Assembly (NCBI GenBank): GCA_041482475.1
Contig: JBGPDX010000001.1
Span: 1-47,957, forward strand
Source of the DNA: Candidatus Limnocylindria bacterium
GTDB taxonomy: Bacteria; Chloroflexota; Limnocylindria; Limnocylindrales; CSP1-4
DNA: 47,957 nucleotides
Reading direction: 5' to 3'
Below are positions 42,539-47,957 of the stretch, piece by piece. Below the pieces are notes generated by a model that saw only the letters and a program-made list of their open reading frames with translations, had not been told where the DNA came from and did not search any database. A program made the position numbers and the translations under genes. Every line of letters starts with the position of its first letter. The first letter of the stretch is position 1.

Positions 42539-45310
42539 TTGCAGTCCGCACCCCGTCGCGTCGAGAGGACGCCCGTCCACCGCCGGCCATCCACCCCGGG
42601 CTGGATCGCCGTGATCGTCTTCGGACTCCTTGCCGCCATCGGCGCGCTCGTCGCCATCGCCGTCGTCGGCGGCTACCTGGTCCTCTCCCGCGACCTGCTG
42701 AGTCCCCAGGACCTCGCGGTCCCGCAGGCCGAGGAATCGATCGTCTACGACCGGACCGGCAAGATCGAGCTGGCCCGCTTCGGCCAGATCCACCGGGAGG
42801 CGGTCGCCTTCGACCAGATCCCGACGATTCTCATCGACGCCACGACGGCGGTCGAGGACAAAACGTTCTGGACGAACACCGGCTTCGATCCCGCGGCCAT
42901 CGTGTCGGCCGGGCTCGACGCCCTGCGCGGACGTAGCCGCGGCGCCTCGACGATCACCCAGCAGCTCGTCCGGCAACGGCTCCTCGCGCCCGCCCTCGTC
43001 CAGTCGGACTCGCGGACGCTCGAGCGGAAGCTCAAGGAGATCATCCAGTCGATCCGGCTCACCCAGTATTACAGCGGCGAGGACGGCAAGCGCCAGATCA
43101 TCACCGCCTACCTCAACCAGAACTTCTACGGCAACAGCAGCTACGGCGTGAAGGCGGCCGCACGGAGCTACTTCAACAAGGACCTCAAGGACCTGACCCT
43201 CAGCCAGGCCGCGATTCTCGCCGCGCTGCCACAGTCGCCGTCGAGCTACGACCTGGTGCGGAACGCGATCGAGCAGGACGACGGCAGCCTGGTCGTGCCG
43301 TCCGACACGGAGATCGTCCAGCGCCGCAACGTCGTCCTCGATCTGTTGGCGAGCGGCCGGACGCCGCTATCGGGCAGCGAGTACAGCGCCGCCGACTTCG
43401 AGGCCGCCAAGCAGGACCCGGTCGTCCTCGCCCCCCAGACGGAGACCCGCTGGATCGCGCCGCATTTCGTCTGGGCCGTCCGCGACGAGCTGACCCGAAC
43501 GCTGTGCGGCGAGGGCGCCCAGACCTGTCCGCAGATCGAGCAGGGCGGCCTGCGGATCACGACGACGCTCGACGTCGATCTTCAGAAGGCGGCCGAGAAG
43601 TGGGTCAAGGCGGCGGCCATCGTCCCCAGGGCCAAGGACCCGAAGCAGGCGGCCAGGGACCTTGGCCTGAAGTACGACACGTGGATGCAGCGGCTGCGCG
43701 ACAAGGACCTGAACAACGGCGCCCTCGTGGCGATCGACTACCAGACCGGGGAGCTGGTGGCCTACGTCGGGTCGGCCGACTACTACGCCAGGAAGGGCAG
43801 CCCGCAGTTCCAGCCGAAGTTCGACGTTGTCGGCGACGGCTACCGCCAGCCCGGGTCCGCCTTCAAGCCATTCAACTATTTGACCGGGATCGACGATCAC
43901 ACGCTGACGGCGTCGACGATGTTCATGGACGTCTCCACGGACTTCGGCGGCAACTACCACCCGACCGATGCCGACAACCTCGAGCGGGGTCCCGTCCGCG
44001 TCCGGATGGCCCTCCAGTTCTCGCTCAACATCCCGTCGGTCAAGGCGGGCCTGGTCAACAGGACCGAGCACGTGTTCGCCCGGGTCCAGGACTTCGGGAT
44101 GCGCTTCCGGGAGGGCGCGACAGCCCCCGGACCTGCGCTCGCTCTCGGGGTCCAGGAGATTCGGCCGGTCGACCTCGTGACGGCCTACGCGACGCTGGCG
44201 AACCAGGGTCGCTACGTCGGCCACACGACCATCCTCCACGTCCAGGACGCCAGCGGCAACGACGTCATCGCGGCGTACGACGAGCATCCCCAGGGGCAAC
44301 AGGTGGCGAGCCCGGAGGCGGCCGCGATCGTGACGGACATCCTCGCCGGCAACACCGATGTCAAGGTCAACCCGTTCTGGGGCAAGTTCGCCATTCTCGA
44401 CGCCGGAAAGCGGCGACCGGCGACCCTCAAGACCGGCACCAACAACGACGCCAAGGACCTCAATGCCTACGGCTTCATCGCCCCGCCCACCGCACAGGGC
44501 CGGGCGGCCGGCGAGTTCGCCCTGGCCGTCGGAGTGTGGAACGGCAACTCCGACAACACGGTCGTCTCGACGCCCCAGAAGCCCGTCTTCTCGATCGACG
44601 TCTCGACCTACGTCTGGCAGGGCTTCCTGACCGAGGCGACGAAGGGCTGGCAGATCAATGCCTTCACGCTCCCGAATACCCTGGTCACAGCCGACGTCGA
44701 CCCGTGGACGGGCCTCAAGCCGGCGCCTGGCGGCAAGAGCGTCAAGGAGCTCTTCATCGGGGGGACGGAGCCGACCCAGTCCGTCGGAAACGGCGGCGGC
44801 GTCTGCGGCCAGGCGGTCCTCGACACCGCCGGCTTCGAGTCGCGGTTCGACCAGTGGATGACGGCGGACCGCAACTGGATCGCCCGCGCCCAGCGCGGGC
44901 CCGGCGTCGCCGGTGGCCCCGACCGCACCCGGACGACGTACTTCTACAACCGGTCGTTCATGCCGTATGGCGCGTCGTGGGGACCGCTGCTCAACGGCGC
45001 CGGGTGCGAGACGCCGGGCCCGAGCCCCAGCTGCTACCTGCTGCCCACCCCGGACGCGTCGGGCGTGGTGCCCTCCTTCGCAGTGCCCAGCCCCAGCGGC
45101 TCCGGTCCCGCCCCCGAGCCGTGTCCAACGCCGTCGGCCGAGCCTTCGCCGTCCGAATCGACATCGCCGTCACCGTCGCCAAGCCCGTCGCCTCCGGTGT
45201 CGACGTCCCCGGGACCGACGCCGAGTCCGGTGCCGACGCCGAGCGCGTCGGCGTCCGCGCCGCCGAGCGCATCCGCGTCCGCCTCGCCCGGCCCGGCTGG
45301 CCCGAGCTGA
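42539..45310 (+). CDS. class A penicillin-binding protein (GT51 transglycosylase + transpeptidase) with a P/S-rich C-terminal tail
   Basis: 923 aa with a TTG start 6 nt after GGAG. It has an N-terminal TM anchor and GT51 motifs (ATTAVEDKTFWTNTGFD, GASTITQQLV, RKLKE). The transpeptidase motifs SxxK (PGSAFKP), SLN and KTGT are present. The last ~90 aa are P/S/T/A low-complexity sequence. Confidence 0.9.
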   Translation: MQSAPRRVERTPVHRRPSTPGWIAVIVFGLLAAIGALVAIAVVGGYLVLSRDLLSPQDLAVPQAEESIVYDRTGKIELARFGQIHREAVAFDQIPTILIDATTAVEDKTFWTNTGFDPAAIVSAGLDALRGRSRGASTITQQLVRQRLLAPALVQSDSRTLERKLKEIIQSIRLTQYYSGEDGKRQIITAYLNQNFYGNSSYGVKAAARSYFNKDLKDLTLSQAAILAALPQSPSSYDLVRNAIEQDDGSLVVPSDTEIVQRRNVVLDLLASGRTPLSGSEYSAADFEAAKQDPVVLAPQTETRWIAPHFVWAVRDELTRTLCGEGAQTCPQIEQGGLRITTTLDVDLQKAAEKWVKAAAIVPRAKDPKQAARDLGLKYDTWMQRLRDKDLNNGALVAIDYQTGELVAYVGSADYYARKGSPQFQPKFDVVGDGYRQPGSAFKPFNYLTGIDDHTLTASTMFMDVSTDFGGNYHPTDADNLERGPVRVRMALQFSLNIPSVKAGLVNRTEHVFARVQDFGMRFREGATAPGPALALGVQEIRPVDLVTAYATLANQGRYVGHTTILHVQDASGNDVIAAYDEHPQGQQVASPEAAAIVTDILAGNTDVKVNPFWGKFAILDAGKRRPATLKTGTNNDAKDLNAYGFIAPPTAQGRAAGEFALAVGVWNGNSDNTVVSTPQKPVFSIDVSTYVWQGFLTEATKGWQINAFTLPNTLVTADVDPWTGLKPAPGGKSVKELFIGGTEPTQSVGNGGGVCGQAVLDTAGFESRFDQWMTADRNWIARAQRGPGVAGGPDRTRTTYFYNRSFMPYGASWGPLLNGAGCETPGPSPSCYLLPTPDASGVVPSFAVPSPSGSGPAPEPCPTPSAEPSPSESTSPSPSPSPSPPVSTSPGPTPSPVPTPSASASAPPSASASASPGPAGPS

Positions 45311-45316
45311 CACGGC

Positions 45317-45342
45317 GAAGCCGCCGACCGGTCGGCGGCTTC
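45317..45342. terminator. perfect 26-bp palindrome; candidate bidirectional terminator
   Basis: GAAGCCGCCGACC/GGTCGGCGGCTTC lies 7 nt after the PBP stop and 48 nt after the stop of the convergent 37-aa ORF. Confidence 0.6.
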
Positions 45343-45390
45343 ACTGCGGTTGCGAGTCCGCGGCTCCCCCCAGGCCGCGGACGATCGAGC

Positions 45391-45504
45391 CTACTTCGGG
45401 AACGGGCCGGGGCCGCTCCCGGCGAATGCGGCTACTGCGCCGAGCAGCGACAGCAGCGCGGCGACCGTTCCGGCGGACAACACGGACCTCAGCGAGACGC
45501 GCAT
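45391..45504 (-). CDS. unlisted 37-aa ORF encoding a signal-peptide-like pro-peptide (MRVSLRSVLSAGTVAALLSLLGAVAAFAGSGPGPFPK)
   Basis: Found by hand and below the track's size cutoff. ATG at complement 45502-45504, with GGAGG 9 nt upstream. GC3 is high in frame. The n-region has 2 Arg, the hydrophobic core is about 20 aa, and A-F-A|G is a plausible signal-peptidase site leaving GSGPGPFPK. It is flanked by a terminator palindrome. Confidence 0.4.
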   Translation of the reverse strand: MRVSLRSVLSAGTVAALLSLLGAVAAFAGSGPGPFPK

Positions 45505-45571
45505 CTCCAGGGACCTCCATTCCTCCGTGGCCGGGCTTGGCACGGGACCTCACCGATGCTATGGTTCGGCC

Positions 45572-45892
45572 GTGCGAAAGTCAAGTATTGCTAAACATTT
45601 CCGCGCTGGGGCCGGCAGCCCGCTGTCGCTGGCCATTGGGCGGGAGCTTCGCCGTCAGCGCCAGGCGCGGGGCCTGACCCAGGCGTCGCTGGGGGCCCCG
45701 CTGACGCGGGCCTTCGTCTCCGCGGTGGAGCACGGCCGGACCGTGCCGTCGATCCCGGCCCTGGCGCTCCTGGCGGATCGGCTGGAAGTACCGCTCGATG
45801 ACTTCTTTTCGGGAGTCAAGATCGAGATGACCGTGCTGTACAATGGCGGCCATGAACGCCGTACGAACCCGCCGTCGCGTTGTCGTCGATGA
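45572..45892 (+). CDS. small XRE-family HTH protein
   Basis: The in-frame GTG at 45572 is the closest start to the HTH (LSLAIGRELRRQRQARGLTQASLGAPLTRAFVSAVEHGRTVPSIPALALLADRLEVPLDDFF). The upstream part of ORF 45350..45892 looks non-coding. The 3' end overlaps the next gene by 50 nt. Confidence 0.55.
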   Translation: MRKSSIAKHFRAGAGSPLSLAIGRELRRQRQARGLTQASLGAPLTRAFVSAVEHGRTVPSIPALALLADRLEVPLDDFFSGVKIEMTVLYNGGHERRTNPPSRCRR

Positions 45893-47144
45893 CCGTCCGC
45901 TGGCGCACGCGATCGGCCAGCGCCTCCGCCAGGCTCGCCTCGCCGCCGGCCTGACCCAGCAACAGCTCGCCGGCGACCGCTATACGAAGGCCTACATCAG
46001 CGCCCTCGAGAATGGCATCGCCAAGCCGTCGATGGCCGCCCTGAACTACCTCGCCCCGCGCCTCGGCAAGACCGCCTCGGAGATTCTGTCCGATCCCAGC
46101 CGGGCGTGGGCGCGGCTGGAGGCGGACCTCGCGCTTGCGTCGGGCAACTGGCAGGCCGCTCTCGACGGTTACGCGGGCCTCCTCGAGGAGGTCCAGGAGC
46201 GAGGATCAAGAGCCGAGTTGCTCACCGGGATCGCCGAGAGCCACTGCCGGCTCGACCATCCGGCAGAGGCCATCCGGCCCGCGGCCGACGCCTCGGCGAT
46301 CTTCGCCGACCTTGGTCGTGAGGCAGATCGAGCGCGCGCCGACTACTGGCTTGGGTCGGCCCATCATCAGCAGGACAACCAGGACGAAGCGCGGGCCGTG
46401 CTGCGGTCGATCCTCGACCGGACCCGTAGCGGAATCGAGCTGGGCCCCGACTTCAGCACCCGCGTCCTCATCGCGCTGGCGGCGGTCGAGACGCACGACG
46501 GCGAGCCGGCCAAGGCCCGCGCCTACCTGGAAGAGGGCCGGACGCTCGCCGGGGAGCTCGACATGCGCCGACGCGGCGCCTTCATGGCCACGCTCGCCAC
46601 CGCTTACCGCGACGCCGGGGACCTGGAGGCGGCCATCCGCCTGGGGCTCCAGGCGCTGGCGCTGTTCCAGGCCGCGGAATCGGACCTGGACGCGGGCCTC
46701 GTCGAGAACCAGCTCGCCCTGGCCTACCTGGCCATGGGTAACGTCGACCGGGCGCGGACCACGATCCGCCGTGCCCGGACGACCGCGGACGGCGCCGAGC
46801 GGCTGGCGGCCGTCCTCACCGACACCGAGGCGATGATCGAGCTGGGCGCCGGCAACCTCGATCGGGCGCTCCAGCTGGCCGATGAAGCCATCCAGCTTGC
46901 CGAACGGACGGAGAACCAGAAGGGCGTGCTCGACGCGCTGACGACGCGCGCCAGGACGTTCTCCGCCATGGGCCGCCACGACGATGCCGCAGCCGCATTC
47001 GAACGTGCGCACGACCTGGCCGAACGGACCGCTCCGGCCTCGAGGCGTCGCCAGATCCTCAGCGCCTGGGCGGATTCGCTGGCGGCTCTCGGGCGCCACG
47101 ACGAGGCGTTCGCCATCGCGAGGCGTGCCCTCGCGTCGCACTGA
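45843..47144 (+). CDS. XRE-family HTH regulator fused to a TPR-repeat domain
   Basis: 433 aa. The HTH is LAHAIGQRLRQARLAAGLTQQQLAGDRYTKAYISALENGIAKPSMAALNYLAPRLG. About 330 aa of helical-hairpin repeats follow, with TPR-like spacing (e.g. GNWQAALDGYAGLL, GDLEAAIRLGLQALALF, GNVDRARTTIRRA, GRHDDAAAAFERAHDLA, GRHDEAFAIARRAL). The alternative ATG is at 45852. Confidence 0.8.
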   Translation: MAAMNAVRTRRRVVVDDRPLAHAIGQRLRQARLAAGLTQQQLAGDRYTKAYISALENGIAKPSMAALNYLAPRLGKTASEILSDPSRAWARLEADLALASGNWQAALDGYAGLLEEVQERGSRAELLTGIAESHCRLDHPAEAIRPAADASAIFADLGREADRARADYWLGSAHHQQDNQDEARAVLRSILDRTRSGIELGPDFSTRVLIALAAVETHDGEPAKARAYLEEGRTLAGELDMRRRGAFMATLATAYRDAGDLEAAIRLGLQALALFQAAESDLDAGLVENQLALAYLAMGNVDRARTTIRRARTTADGAERLAAVLTDTEAMIELGAGNLDRALQLADEAIQLAERTENQKGVLDALTTRARTFSAMGRHDDAAAAFERAHDLAERTAPASRRRQILSAWADSLAALGRHDEAFAIARRALASH

Positions 47145-47163
47145 CGCGGGCGCCTCCATCGCC

Positions 47164-47751
47164 ATGTCTGCGGGCGGCCGCCGGCTGACGCTATCGCCGA
47201 TCGGCTTCGATATCGTCCTCGCCCTGAGCCAGGCGCCGGACGGCCTGCGGTTGGCCGACATCGGCCGGATCATCGGGTCGCCGGTCAGCTCGGTTCAGAC
47301 CGCGCTGCGGATCCTCATCGCCAACCACCTCGTCGATCGCGCGGAGGCCGACCCGCCGCGGTACGGCCTGTCCGTCGAGCATCCCGCCCGGGAGGAGCTC
47401 GCCTCGCTGGCGACCGTGCTCCCCGAGCCGGCGCACGCGATCGGCATCATCCTCCGCGCCAACCCGGCCGTCCGCTACGCCGCGGTGGACTCGATCGGGT
47501 TCCTCGTCGCCGAAGGCCGCGATTCGGACCGTGCCGCGGTCGACGCTCTGAACCGCCATCTCGCCCTCGTCGCCGACGCCCGGTCCGATGCGCCGACCCT
47601 GATGCGCATGACCGATGAGGAGCTGGGGCGCCTCGCCCGGGTCGCGATGGGCCTGCGCAAGCGGGTCCGACAGGCGCTCACGATCAAGGGCCGGCCTCCG
47701 GTCGTCGTCAACGCGACCGACGCGGACCGCGCGAGGCCCGCCGCCGGCTGA
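47164..47751 (+). CDS. winged-helix (MarR/IclR-like HTH) protein with an uncharacterised C-terminal domain
   Basis: Internal ATG at 47164 of ORF 46984..47751. Sequence IGFDIVLALSQAPDGLRLADIGRIIGSPVSSVQTALRILIANHLVDR looks like a wHTH. I do not recognise the remaining ~120 aa. Confidence 0.55.
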   Translation: MSAGGRRLTLSPIGFDIVLALSQAPDGLRLADIGRIIGSPVSSVQTALRILIANHLVDRAEADPPRYGLSVEHPAREELASLATVLPEPAHAIGIILRANPAVRYAAVDSIGFLVAEGRDSDRAAVDALNRHLALVADARSDAPTLMRMTDEELGRLARVAMGLRKRVRQALTIKGRPPVVVNATDADRARPAAG

Positions 47752-47809
47752 CCCGACCGCGAACCAGCCGTTATCGGCCCGTCATCGAAGTTGTGCGACG
47801 ATCCGCGCG

Positions 47810-47957
47810 ATGAACCCTCCCGATCGCCGCACGCTCCCGGCCGCCCTCGCCGGGGCCATCGCCGCCGGCGTCTCGATCGGCTTCTCTGAGCTCGTCGCCG
47901 GGCTCGTCCCGGGGGCGCCGTCGCTGCTCGCGTCCGTCGGCCAGACGGTCATCGACC
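47810..47957 (+). CDS. 5' fragment of a membrane protein (N-terminus resembles actinobacterial sulfite-oxidase-like molybdopterin oxidoreductases); runs off the window
   Basis: ATG at 47810. Hand translation gives MNPPDRRTLPAALAGAIAAGVSIGFSELVAGLVPGAPSLLASVGQTVID. Only 49 codons are visible, so the family call is weak. Confidence 0.4.
   Translation, partial: MNPPDRRTLPAALAGAIAAGVSIGFSELVAGLVPGAPSLLASVGQTVID

Noticed and set aside
45120-45300. Repetitive CCG/TCG/GCG-rich DNA that might be taken for a tandem-repeat element
   Set aside because: It is the in-frame coding sequence of the P/S/T/A low-complexity tail of the PBP (SPSPSPSP...). It is not a non-coding repeat array and has no spacer structure.
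45341-45553. 70-aa minus-strand ORF (MRSRAKPGHGG...) listed in the track
   Set aside because: It is Arg-rich with no hydrophobic core or ribosome-binding site. The 37-aa ORF in another minus-strand frame (45391-45504) has a GGAGG site, coding-like GC3 and a signal-peptide pattern, so I preferred that one.
43504-45594. 696-aa ORF in a second frame across the PBP gene, plus the ORFs at 43367..44299 (-) and 44913..45677 (+)
   Set aside because: They are R/P/G-rich shadow frames. The 42539..45310 frame contains all the GT51 and transpeptidase motifs.
45572-47144. Reading the XRE pair as a toxin-antitoxin or prophage immunity (CI/Cro) module
   Set aside because: No toxin-like small ORF, integrase, or phage structural or replication gene is nearby. 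The second protein carries a long TPR domain rather than a peptidase or toxin domain.
1-47957. Search for rRNA, tRNA, CRISPR arrays, IS elements or integrases
   Set aside because: None was seen. The intergenic gaps are short (at most 386 bp) and lack tRNA-like T-arm or anticodon patterns. There are no spaced direct-repeat arrays and no transposase- or recombinase-like translations in any frame.

Overview
A 47,957-bp window of very GC-rich DNA (about 70% by eye, not computed), with a gene style typical of Actinomycetota or similar high-GC bacteria. It is densely coding. I support about 47 protein genes and found no rRNA, tRNA, CRISPR array, transposase or integrase. Many long R/P/G-rich ORFs in the six-frame track are off-frame or antisense shadows of real genes. 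Several real genes start well inside the listed ORF, and I give corrected starts.

Layout:
- (1) 1-7.6 kb, redox/stress block: a GAF histidine kinase plus DosR-like response regulator diverge from a Tat-exported multicopper oxidase and a universal stress protein. A DoxX-like membrane protein, a flavodoxin-like protein and a DsbA-VKOR pair follow.
- (2) 7.8-11 kb: a large GH63-like glycosidase translationally coupled to OsmC.
- (3) 11-16.8 kb, minus-strand genes: a GNAT, a secreted papain-like protein, a methyltransferase, a PPOX-family protein, a small membrane protein and an ABC-2 exporter with a VOC protein.
- (4) 16.9-33 kb: a large oxidative (non-phosphorylative) L-fucose/D-arabinose-type sugar-acid cluster. 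It holds FucD, a cog3618-type lactonase, an AKR dehydrogenase, two FAH-family enzymes, IclR and an ABC importer. An AOR-family aldehyde:ferredoxin oxidoreductase is the first gene of the dehydrogenase/lactonase operon.
- (5) 34.7-42.3 kb: a ROK-regulated amino-sugar-type uptake locus.
- (6) 42.5-45.3 kb: a class A PBP.
- (7) 45.3-47.8 kb: two XRE regulators, one fused to TPR repeats, and a winged-helix protein. They diverge from an unlisted 37-aa signal-peptide ORF.

Item 7 is my best candidate for an undescribed system, an RNPP/Rgg-like peptide-signalling cassette. All family assignments come from motif recognition by eye and need database confirmation.
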